Shown: piece after piece, positions 13,820 through 25,200 of the stretch
Layout of the letters: each line of letters begins with the position of its first letter
Position numbering within the stretch: the stretch's first letter is position 1
From: Lama glama
Taxonomy: Eukaryota
Assembly: GCA_028534125.1 (NCBI GenBank)
Contig: CM052841.1
Location: forward strand, 66,278,001-66,342,000
Direction: 5' to 3'
Length of the DNA stretch: 64,000 bases
Notes under the pieces: generated by a model
What the model was told of the DNA's origin: nothing
Seen by the model: the letters and a program-made list of their open reading frames with translations, nothing else
The model's database searches: none
Translations under genes and position numbers: made by a program

Positions 13820-13915
13820 GGAGGGGCTGCTGAATCCTACTTATAGGTGGCAGAACCAAGGCTCAGACGGGGAAAGTGACTTGGGCCCGCACACAGCAGG
13901 TAAGAGATGGGGAGG
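13820..13915 (-). mobile_element. MIR SINE fragment
   Basis: aaggctcagacggggaaagtgacttgggcccgcacacagcaggtaag resembles the MIR core. Confidence 0.5.
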
Positions 13916-15299
13916 GCTCCAGTCCCCCTCGGCCTAACTCAGGACCTGAGTCCTTGGCCAGCTCACTGCATAGCACCTCTAGGAGGGTTCTAGCCCCTCC
14001 TGCGGATGCTCTGATTTAAAACTAAGACTCTTCTGGCCCAGGGACCCCAGCTGCCCAGTTTTTCTGGTCCAAGGAAGGAAAGAAGAAGTGCCCTCCCTGC
14101 AGTGACCCCTGTGGGGCCAGGAATCTTTCCCTCACTCCGCCATTCACATCGTATCACTGAAGGCAGCCTTCCCGGCACCGCACCCGGCCCCAGATTCAGG
14201 GGACCCACAGGGGCCCACAGTAGTGGCCTCCCAGGGACACTGAGCTCAGGCCTGGCATAGATGGGGCCCACAACAGCCCCTGCCCTGACAATGGTGCTGG
14301 CTCAGGGGCGCCCGAGGAGGCAAGCCTGGGGCTGCAGTGACCGAGTCCCTACCCACCCTGCAGGGGCCAGCTGGTGGCCGTGGCTAAGGCCAGTAGTGAG
14401 CACTTGCCCAGCTCCTGTGGTCATTGGGGGAGGGTGCGTGGGCAGAGCCCCAGGCCGCCGTGCTCCAGGCACAGATGGTTCTCATCCCGCTGTCTCTTCC
14501 GCAGGAAAAACAAACCAGCTCGGGGCCAACAACCCTTTTTTATCTCGTGTTTATTTTCGTTGCCTTTGCCTGAAGCTAGTGTCCTGTGGGCTGCATTCAG
14601 CCGAGGGTCTGGCCGGGTCTGGCTGGGTCTGGCAGGGGTGGCCCTGGCGTTTTCCTGGCCTTAGGGTCGCTGTCTGGGAAGGGGCTGGGGTGTTCCCAAG
14701 AGAAGTAGCCCATTTCCCTCTTCCAGTTTCATCCGATTTCCATTTGGTCACAGTGGCTTTTCCAGAATTTGGAGTTTCCTGGCTGCATGCGGAGGGTCGA
14801 GACTGAGAAGTGGGGCAGGACAGAACCAGCTGGGACCCTCGAGGAGTGCAGAGCCAGGGGCGGGGACGGTCAGGACCAGCAGGGCTACCAGGAATTCACA
14901 GAGGAAGGGGCCCCGGACTGGGGTACTAGACTGGGGTTGTGGGGGGCACAGCCCTGCTGCCCTACCTGCATCCTTCCAAGTTTTCATTCATCCCCACTTC
15001 ACACCAAAGAAGACCAAGGTTGGAGGGGGAATCTGCGACCCAAAATCTCATAAGGGAGATATGGGTAGGGGGGAGGGTGATGTGTTTGCAGGATCCACAG
15101 CTTCCCACACACGCCCTGGTAAATGGGCCAGGAGTCTCTCAAAACCCCGAATCCACATGGGGGATACTCTAAAGTAGGCAGAGGGGCATCCTCCGTGGCC
15201 TGCACCCCACTGCCAGTGTGAAGAACGGGCTGAAGCACGTGGGGGCTGGACAAGAGGAGAGGCAGACGACCACTGAGGGGGGAGGGGTCACCTGCCAAA

Positions 15300-16230
15300 C
15301 AAAGGCAGGGAGGCCTCCAACGGCCCCTCGTGAGGGGCGAAAGAAAAGCGGCGGGGAGGCCAGCAGGGCTGCACTGCCACCCAGGGGCCTCACAGGCCCC
15401 AGAAGCCCCCAGAAGCGCGGCCAGCGCCAACCCCTCCCCTGCCTTCGCCGCGAGGGTCGGACCCTCCGCCCGTGCCAGCTGCGCTCTCGAAGGCTCCGCC
15501 CTCCCCCCCACCGCGGGCCGCCCCCCTCCTCCCGCGTCCTCCCCTCCCCCCACGGCGAGGACAGAAGAGGGAACGGCGGCTTGGTCCGCGCCCCCCCACC
15601 CCCACGGGCGGCGGTGACATCACGGCCACGGCGGGAGGGGCGGCGCCGCGCACATCACTTCCTCGGCGCCTCCCGCGGGCGCGGACGGACACACAGACGG
15701 CGGGCGGGCGGTGGACGGCGAACACCACAGCGCGGACAGGCGCAGGGCGGCGCGAGCGTGGGGCGCGCGGCCCGCGGCCCTCGGCGCCTCCGGCCCCATG
15801 GCGGGCCCGGCCCCGCCCGCCGCCGCCGACGAGCTGCCCGGCGCGACCCGGCGCCTCTACTCCAGGTGGGCAGGGCGGACGGCGGGGACGCGCGGGGACG
15901 CGCGGGGCCCGGGCCGCCGGGACCGTGGGAGGCGGGAGGCGGGAGCGGCTGGCCGGGAACAAAGGCGTTGGCGGGCGCGCAACGTGGCGCGGACGCCCCT
16001 CCCAGCGGGGCCGACGGGATGGGGGGGCCGTTTGCCGGAGGAGGGTGCTGGGGTGGGAGGCTCGGCGTTGGGGTGCCCCGGGTGTCGGAGGAGGGGGTCC
16101 GAGGGTAGAGGTTGCTGGGGCCTCCCGCCGCCCACGCCCGCGAGAGCCCGGGGACTAGGGGGTGGGCAGAAAGGGCCCCCGGGCTGGGCTGCTGCCTGCC
16201 GGACTCTCCCGCCCCCGCCGTAGGGTACAG
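15300..16230. promoter_or_regulatory. CpG island / GPSM1 main promoter
   Basis: Very CpG-dense, many GGGCGG boxes, ETS-like CACTTCCT near 15656; surrounds exon 1. Boundaries approximate. Confidence 0.85.
15798..15865 (+). CDS. GPSM1: GPSM1 exon 1 (coding part)
   Basis: ATG at 15798 in CpG island; MAGPAPPAAADELPGATRRLYS-R; donor AG|GTGGG, phase 2. Confidence 0.93.
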
Positions 16231-19200
16231 GGACAGGGGTTGGGAGACTGGCAGCTTCGCCAGCCCTGCCCTCCTGGCAGCTGGGCCCTCTGGCACAGCA
16301 GGTGTGTGGAGGGGGCTGCCAGGAGATTCCCTCCCAAGCCTGGCCCCACCTCTCTAGTGCCTTGCTCTGGGTACCTCAGGGAACAGCATGTCTGAAGAGA
16401 CCAGGCTGTGTCATTGATGGGGCCCTGCCCCCACCAGCCCACCGGGCGCCCCTGGTCCGGTAGACTGAGGCTGGATTGGGGCTGCAGAGCCAGCCAGGTG
16501 GGTGTGTGCCTGCCTGAAAAGGCACCTGCCTCTGGCAGGTTCATGGGTGATGCCAGCGGTCTGGGCTCCACTCTGCGCTGTCAGGGATGACAGGGTGGCC
16601 CTGCCCAGGGCTGCGTGCCTACTTGGTGACTCCAGACTGTTCGAGGGTGTTCCATGAGGCGGGTACAACCTCTCCCAGGGCCTGTCCTCAGGTGCAAGTG
16701 TCCAGCAGAGCAGGGCCAGCATGAGTGCTGGGGATGCTTGCCCACTGCAGCTCCCAGAGGCAGGCCTGGCTCCCCACAGTGGTGACAGGCCCCTCCAGCT
16801 TGGAAGGACATTATCATTCCTGCTCCATCTTTAAGATCTGGGGGACTCCCTGGCTGCTGAGCCTTCAAGGGGCCTAGCCTGACCTGTGAGGATTCTCCAG
16901 CCCAAGTCAGGAGTCCAGCAGCAGCAAACCTCTGCTGGGTGCTCCCCCAACCCATGCAGAATAAGGCCCTGATGGCCCCTCCCTCCATGGTCTGATCAGA
17001 GCTGCTGGCTGGAGACACAGCCCCCATTGTACGGTCTCAGGGATGGAGCGCTAGCCCCGGCCTGGCTCCGGGGCCCCATGCAAGGGGAGGGGCGTGCGAG
17101 TGGGTTTGTTGGCTGTTGACTTTGGAGGCCTGTCCTAAAGGACCCCCCTCCAGGCCCCTCCATGGGAATCAAGAGCTGTTTGGGGCAGCATGGCTCTCCC
17201 CAGGGTTGTCTCTCCGATGAACAGAGGGGATTTTGAAAGAACTACAGGAGTTGACCTGGCAGCCACCGACTTGTGTGTGTGTGTGTGTGTCTGTCTGTAC
17301 GCATAGGAGAGCTGTAGGTGGAGGGGGCGTCCTGAGCTTTGGCCTTGGGAGACCCTACGCAGCCGAGCATGGAGTCCACACCGTGTTAGTCACTTCACCT
17401 GCGAGCTTGGTGGCAGGGCCCAGCAGGGACTGTAGGGGAGCCCTCACTGGGCAGGGCCAGAGCTCAGAGCGAAAGCTGGGAGAGGCCCAGAGCACAGGCT
17501 GGAATGCTTGCAAGTGGAGCCCTGAGTTGAGCTCAAGGGGGTGAGCCCCACAGAGGTTTGGGGTGCATGGCCACAAGCCTTCCTTCAGGGACTGTGAGGA
17601 GGTCCGTGGGAGTCTGGACCTGAGGGCGCAGCAGAGGCCAGGCATAGACAGGGCAGTTCCCGTTTAAAGCTGTCTTCCAGAGGCTACCAGGGAGCCATCA
17701 AAGGACCATCTGACCCCTGAAAGCCTGCGCGTCTGGGGAAGCCTACCTGCAGTGTGGGAGCCCGGGGGGTGGGCAGCCCGGCGCATGCATGGCCCGCGGA
17801 CTGGGTCCTTTTGTTCTGAGCACCCCCTGGATGGCTGTTTCAGGAGAACCCCAATGTGTGTGTGGGTTCCTTGGGGCCAGGCAGGCTCTGCAGCCTTGTC
17901 TCCCTCCAGCCTGGTGGTTCCCCTTCCCACACTGACATTCCTGCCTGGTGAGATGAGTTCAGTTCTTACCAAGTGGGTCCCAGGGGAAGTGGGCTTGGAA
18001 CACACGCTGAGAAGGGCCTGAGTGTGAGTGTGCCCCCAGTGGGTCCTCACGAAGGGACTGGGTCAGGGAGGCAAATGGGTCTTGTGGGGTGGGGGTGCCT
18101 GTTTGCCCAGAGCAGGAGTTTGAAAAGGAGGGACTGAGGGGCTGGGGGGGGGGATGGGCTGATGGCCAAGAAGCCCCTGGAAAGTAGGGGAGCTATGGGC
18201 TATCCTCTCCTGGCCTCCTGGCTCCCTGCGGGCCAGCAACTGAGGGGTCCTATCTGGGTCTGGGACGGGGAGAGAGGCATAGCACCCCTACCATGGGGTG
18301 ACCCATTAAAGGTGCGCTCCAGGCAGCAGGCACCCAGACAGGGTTATCCCACTCCTCATCCCACTCTGTATGGCCGTGCAACCCAGTTTTGCCCCTGGCT
18401 CCCAGGAAGTGTGACCCCCAGGCACTTTCTGAAGTTGGGTGGCCCTCCCACCCCTCCTCTCCAGCAATCTCTACACCCACCCCATTGTCTGTCCCATGCT
18501 GCTCCCAGACCCGCCCCCCCAACTGAAGGGGAGTCAATGTGGCTTCACTCTGGGGGTGGCGGGACAAGGGGTGAGCAGAGTGTGGATGACAGACCTGCAC
18601 AGGGGTGATTGCATTTAGCAGAGAGAGGGGCTGATGGGGACACGGCCCCTAGTCAGCCTTGGGCGGTGGAAGCTGGGGGCCTGGCTCAGAGACCAGCCTC
18701 AGCGGTGGGCACCAGAGGACGTCCTGCAGCCTGGAGAGGCAGACAAGGGGAGTCAGGAGCCCCGGTGGGGAGCCCATGGAGGCAGAGGGTGGAGAGCAGG
18801 GCAGTATGGTTCAGATGAGGCCGGGCTGATGGCTACTCCTGGGATGCTGTCTCAGGCGTAGTCCGAGGTGGGAGGGATGCGGGGATGGTGTGGCCAGAGC
18901 AGTGAGGCTGGCCGCTGGGGAGTCAATAACCACTTCATTAACTGGTGAGCCAGTGGGCAGATGGCGGGAGCTTGGCAGACAGTGCCCTGCCTCCTGGCCA
19001 CTGCGGTCTGGCTGCTGGGAAGGCCGACCCTGGTCAGCCACTTTCAAGGAGAGATGCGCTGGGCAGTCACCATGTCAGAGAGCGGATCTCACGGGTGAAT
19101 GTTGCCTGGCTGGGGTGGGCAGACTGGTCCCTGAGGCCTCTGAGGTGGTGGGCCAGCTCTCTCCCCAGGAGGTGGAGGCCTGTGGATGAACAATTAAGCA

Positions 19201-22200
19201 TCTGTTTAGCCCAGGTGGCAAATCCTAGGAGGGAAGGATGCCCCCTCCCAGGGTTTGGGTGGTGAGGCTGGTGAAGGGGGAGGTAAGACCTCAGCCCCGG
19301 GGCCCTGAGAGCCCTTGAGTGGACAGGCCTTCTGGAGGCCCCAGCAGTCCTGCAGAATGGGCAGAGGGCAGTGGGAGGGAAGGCCAGAACCACACTGGAG
19401 CTGGTGGCCTAGGGTGGCTGCAGCCCCAGTGGGTCCCCAGTGGTCTTGAGCATCTTGCCAGATGACAACACATACCACAGGCCTGCAGAGGTGGTGTGGA
19501 GAGACAGAGGCTCCAGAATCTTCTTCATTGAGCCAAGAAGTGGGCCCAGCCAGCCTGGGCAGGGCCCCACAGGGTGCTGGGTGGTGGAGGGGGGCCCTGG
19601 GGTGGTTGTGCATGTGCAGATTTCAGGCGTTCAGCTCGTCGACAGGAACAGGGCAAGGAGATGGTCCAGGCCCTGCCCTCGCCCTGAGCTGAGCTGTCCT
19701 AGCGGGTGGAAAGCCGCTTTGGACAGAGGCCTCAGGGTAGGGAGCAGAGCACCCTGGCCTGGATGCCCTGGGGAGCAGGGCCTGTTGTGGGCAGATGGGT
19801 GGCCTGGGACCTCATCCTCCCAACTCTGCGTCCCCCAACCCAGCCCCTTTGAGGACTCCCAGGCTTCCCCCGCCCAGAGCGGCAGTGCCTGCTGGGCCTC
19901 ATGGACTAATGCTGACCTCGGGGTCCTGCATCCTGGGCAGCCTTTGCCCCGGACTCCACATCCTCCCACCTGCCTCTGCTCAGACCCGGGGGTGGGCTTG
20001 GGGGAGCAGGCTTTCTAGTTCTCCCTGAACCCGGGACTGTGCCTCCCTCCCTGTCCCGAGGTTTCTGGCTGGGCAGGCTCGCTGAGCTCCCTCTCATCCC
20101 GAGGCCCATCCCTGAGAAGGGAAGTGTTCTGGCAGTTGGGCAGAGAGGGCTTCTGAGGGCCTAGGGGACCCCAGGGGCTCCGGGGTGGGGCAGTGGGGCA
20201 GAGAGGGCCTCTGAGGGCCCAGGGGACCCCAGGGGATCTGGGCTGGAGCAGCGGGGGAGGCCCTCTTGAGAGGCCTGACACTTTTCTCCACGACTCTACC
20301 CTGACTGAGCCCTGCGTCCCCCTCTCTGTCGCTGGATGTTAGTACGGACCCCCACTGCTCTGACCCCCTTTGCCCGGGGATGGTCACACTGTCTAGCCTC
20401 TCATCAGCCATGGTGGCTGGAGGAGCTGGGAGCTGGGCTGAGAAGGTGGCTGAAGGAACTGGGAGGTTTCAGGAAAGGAGCTGAGGGGGTGTCTGTTCCT
20501 CCCAAGCTCCCCGGCCCCAGGCCCCTCCAGCTCCCACACCCAGGTTAGACCTGGGGCTGGGAGTTCACCTCAGATGGTCAGGTGCTGGTAAGCCCAGCAT
20601 CTCCCCAGAGGGTCGGGGACTAACAGGGTGGCCTGGCCCCCAGGCTTACCTGTTGACTCTCTGCATACAGGACAGGGGACACCTGTGCTGAGGCCAGGCC
20701 AGGCTGCAGAGTCGGGGAGGACACAGTCTGGGTGGGCAGGGTGGAGCCTCCAGGAGGACCAGGTGGGGCCGAGTGCAGACCTTGCCGAATCCCAGCTGTG
20801 TTCAGGCAGGGGGCTTCCCCAGGCGGAGGGCTCTGCCCAGGGTCCTGCCCTCTGCCGAGACAGGCAGGAGGGCGGGGGAGCACACTTGTGTTTCCTTCTT
20901 TCCTTCTCTTACGAACGCTGAGCCAGCGCCTACTAGGTGCCCAGTGCTCTTCTATGCTGCTTGTCCAGGCTCTGGCCCAGAACTGGCCACAGGGCTGGAG
21001 TTGGGTACAAGTTTGCCTAATCAGGGCCAGCGGGAGCTGGGCACTGCCTCTGTACCCCTGCTGTGCACCCGCCCATCAGTGAAGGTTCCCTCTGGGCTCC
21101 CCGCCCGCCTGCCCTGCTGACGGTGCTGATCCTGGCTCTGAGCCGCCCTTGATCCCCTGATCCACCACAGACCCTGGGAGGCCCTCGTCGACCTGCCAGA
21201 GGGCCGGGGGTCTCCCAGAGCCGAGCCCACCAGAGCCTTCAGCCCAGCCCTCTAGGGTCGGAGGAAGCAGGGGACCCTGAGGCTGGCACACCCCCAGGAC
21301 CAACAGCCAAGGTGGGGAGCGGGCTGGCCGACCAGGAGGGAGGCCCAGAGCCCCGTCATGCCAGCTGCCACCACGGAGGGCCAGCCTGTGGCCCTGAGCT
21401 TGGCCGAGAAGGCTGTGTGCAAAGTGGTGTATGGCGCCCCCCGCCTGCGCCCACTGTTGCTGCCCGTGGGCCTGGAGCTGTGGTTGTACGTGCAGAAGAT
21501 GCGAAACCTTCAGAGGAAGAGGTGCGCCTGCCACCTGGCCACGGGCAGTGACCAGGTTGGGGATGGGGCCTGAGCTGGAGGTCAAGGTGCAGTTGGAGAT
21601 TCTTGGGACAAGGGAGGGCCGGGGGCTTCTAGCCCAGGACACCCTGCCTGATGCCTCCCTGGGTGGCTTCCTCTCGTTGCAGGGCCCCTGTTAGCTATCC
21701 CCAATCTGTGATTTGCGATGACTGCATCGGACACCCCCATTGTGCCCATGTCCCCTTGGCCTCTAGGCCCAGGGCCCTTCCCAAGCCAGAAACCTCCTCT
21801 GCTCTGAGCCACTGATGCCACCTCTCCAGGCAGGAAGGTGGGGTGGGGGGAGGCCGCCTCGTTAATCAGATCTGCCAGAGCCCATGGGACTCCCAAAATA
21901 CCCACATTTCAGACCCTAAGTCCTTCCTGTACAGTCTCCTGGGAGGAGAGGGCTGCGCGATGTCAGACAGTGTGGTGAGCAGCTGGGCAGGGACAAGCAG
22001 GCCCTAAACAGGGAGCCCCGTGTGTGGCCCTGGTGATGGGAGTGGGACTGTCCATGGGCTCTTGCGACGTGGCGTCGGAATGGCTCTACCAAGAGCGCTG
22101 GGCGAGGTGGCTGCCAAGGCTCCAACGTATGGTGATAGGGAGCCCCAGGGGCTGACATCCTGGTGTCAAGGCCATGTCCCTGACCCCAGTTCTCAGTGAG

Positions 22201-25200
22201 GCCACTTGGGCTCTGCTTGACTGAATCCCCTGATCCACCGCAGGCCCTGGGAGGCAGGGAGATGGCGGGGTGGTGGTGGGGTCTGTGAGTACGGCCCTGC
22301 ATCCTCCAGGAGGGGAGGAGCCTACTTTCCCAGGAGGAGTGACCCTGACGTTGGAGAGTGGTGGCTGGACAAGGGGCACCCAGAAGGTGGGGCCTTCCCC
22401 AACAGAGAGCGCTGAGCTTACGGGTGCAGGGCGCAGGGCTCAGCTTCTCAAGGGCTTCACTGCCCTTGCCCATTCCCGAGGCATCCTTATCATTTGTAGA
22501 AGTTGAAAGTGCCCCGTGTTCTCGATAATACAGGGACAAGAGTGAACGGAGCATTGTGGTTTTGTATCAAAGGGGCATTTTGGTTGAAAAGCACTGCTCT
22601 GGACAATTTTGTTTATTTTTTAAGGAAATGCATTGGTTTTCCCCCAGTAATTCCTGATTATTCCACTATTCTAACAACACAGACAAGGGGAGGGCCTTGG
22701 GGTGCAATGGGGCTGTTTGGGGTGCATGTTTTAAATTACTCTGCTGACATCAGAAAGCAGTGGGCGTAGAGGAGGAGGAGGAGGATCCGGCGGCCTGTGA
22801 CGGGCAGAGCTGCCTCTGGCTTTTCCGGGGTGCTCACCTGCTGTGCGGTCACCGGGCGGGGGCAGGGGTGCCGCCTGCTCTTCATGGGGGTGCCCTCTCC
22901 CTGGCTGCTCCTGTGCCTTCCCCCGACAAACCCCCTTCCTGCCCCAAGACAAGGACATCAGCTCAGATGCAGCCATGCTCCCCAGAGGATGGGAGGTGAG
23001 GACAGGTGATGGCTTAGCCCCAGGCCTCCAACGAGAGCTTGAAGCATGGGGTCCCCCTGCCTGAGGATGCAGGGCGGAGGCGGGGCTGGGTTGGATCCTG
23101 CCTGTGTGGCACTGTCCGTGACCCTGTGAGCCTTGGTCGTCCTCACTGGGGATCAGGGCCTGCCCCAGGCTACCGCGGCCACTCTGGAAGACAGCGTGTG
23201 GCACCTGGCCCAGGGGCAGCCCTTGTCCTGTCGGCTGGGATTCGGGGGACGGAGGCAGTGTTTGCAGCTTGGCCTCCGCAGGCTGAGGGTTTGACTGTCA
23301 TCGCAGCCTCACACGGTGCTTTGGCACTCTGGGGCCCCGGGGTAGAGGAAGGCGCACAGTGAGGTTCGGGTGGGGCCTGTTGCCGGACCCAGTGCTCTTC
23401 TAAGAGTTCAGCCAAAAAGAGACCTGGGTCTGCCCCCACTGGCATGGGGCTGGCCACCGCCGTCCAATGGGCCCAGGTCCGAGGGACGACGTGGAGGAGC
23501 GTGGGGCCCCAGGCGTGCCGGCGTGAGAGGCAGGCTGTGACGACTCCTCTCTCTGCCCAGGATGGAGGCCTCGTGCCTGGAGCTGGCCCTGGAGGGCGAG
23601 CGTCTGTGCAAGGCGGGGGACTTCAAGGCAGGCGTGGCCTTCTTTGAGGCCGCTGTGCAGGTAGGCACTGAGGACTTGAAAACGCTGAGCGCCATCTACA
23701 GCCAGCTGGGCAACGCCTACTTCTACCTGAAGGAGTACGCCCGGGCGCTGGAGTACCACAAGCACGACCTGCTGCTCGCCCGGTGAGCCACGGGCGGGGG
23801 AGCGGGGCGGGGGGGCCGGGGGGCCGGGCTGCCCCTCCCCTGCTGGGCCGGCCACTGGGCAGTGTCTGGGTGCCCTGCCCTTGGGAAGTGGCATTCCCAG
23901 TGTGAGCATGGGAACCCAGAGGGGCACCCCTAACCTGGGGGGGATTCGGAGGTGCCCCCAGGGGCTGTGTTTAAGCTGAGACGCCTGTGAATGTATCCAA
24001 CAGCGTGGGCGTGGCCCAGCATTCCACGTCTGGGTAGGCACACGTGTCTGTATGTCTGTGTGCATGTGCCTGTCTCTGGGGGGCTCAGGGCAGCCTCCCC
24101 ACCTGCCCTGTATGGAGAGGTCTTGTCCCGGGGGCCCCTTCCTCCTCCCACCATGAACTCTGACCTCTTCCTCGCTGGCCACACCTACTCCACAGCCTCT
24201 CACCCCCACCATTCCCCAGTGTCTCTGTCCTCCTCTGGCCTCCAGAACTCTGCCCATGCTGTTCCCACCTGGAATACCCTCCCCTTGCGTGTTCCCTGCC
24301 CACTCCTGCTCCTTCAGGCCTGCAGGAAATGCCCCATCAGAGGCCCAGGCCTCCCAGGTTCGGGCAGGGCTTCCCGGGGCTCCCCTCCAACCCTGCTCAC
24401 AGGCCCTCTGCACTAGCCAGTGAGCCCTGTCCTCAGCACCCAGCCAGGCACAGAGCAAACATTCACTGAACGAGTTACTGTAAACTCCCCTGCGAGGCCC
24501 CTCAACTCTCCCTTCCTCCATCCAGGGGCCTCCCTGAGCCCCCCAGCAGCTGCAGGCTGCTCAAGTGCCAACCCCAGACCTGACCCAGCAAAGAGCGGTT
24601 CTGCGCTGGGCCTCAGCCCACTACGGGACCCCAGCCCAGCATCATCCCAGTGGCTGTGGGCTCCCATTCCCCCCAGGCCCTTGCCACCCTCACCGGGCTC
24701 CCTGCTGGTCTCAGGGTCCCCACCAGTCCTTGGTCTGGCCCCTCACTCCTCCCTGCCCCCCAGGACCATTGGCGACCGCATGGGGGAGGCCAAAGCCAGC
24801 GGGAACCTGGGCAACACACTCAAGGTTCTGGGCCGCTTTGATGAGGCTGTCGTCTGCTGCCAGCGGCACCTGGACATCGCACAGGAGCAGGGGGACAAGG
24901 TGGGCAGCACCCCCTGACCTGTGCCCCCTGTCAGGGTCTGGGATTGGGGCCACAGATGACACCGCTCGCAGCCCCACGCTCTCCCGCCGTGGGAGAAAGG
25001 CGGAAGGATGGTCCTCTTGGAAATGAGGGCACTTCCAGCTCACACAGACACCATGGGGCTGAGGCCCGGCTCCCCAGGCTGGGGCTCCCAGTCCGTCACT
25101 TCTATGCCAGCTCCCCTTTCCCCCGACCTTCCCACGAATCTGCCAACACCCTTGTCTAGTCACCTTTCTGGGAGTGGAGGGCTGGGGGCCCGGCTCCGGG

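Noticed and set aside
1-15300. Long ORFs such as 761..1498, 727..1407, 2175..2867 and 4295..5266, and a possible CCDC187 coding exon
   Set aside because: Pro/Gly/Arg/Ser-rich translations expected from stop-poor GC-rich DNA, overlapping in several frames, with no recognisable domain or match to CCDC187 as I recall it. A tBLASTn of CCDC187 against 1-15 kb would settle this.
15218-16296. Several 170-300 aa overlapping ORFs on both strands
   Set aside because: CpG-island artefact; only 15798-15865 is supported as coding.
23400-24521. 373-aa antisense ORF over GPSM1 exon 2 (and similar antisense ORFs over CARD9 exons)
   Set aside because: Shadow ORFs caused by high third-position GC on the sense strand; no independent support.
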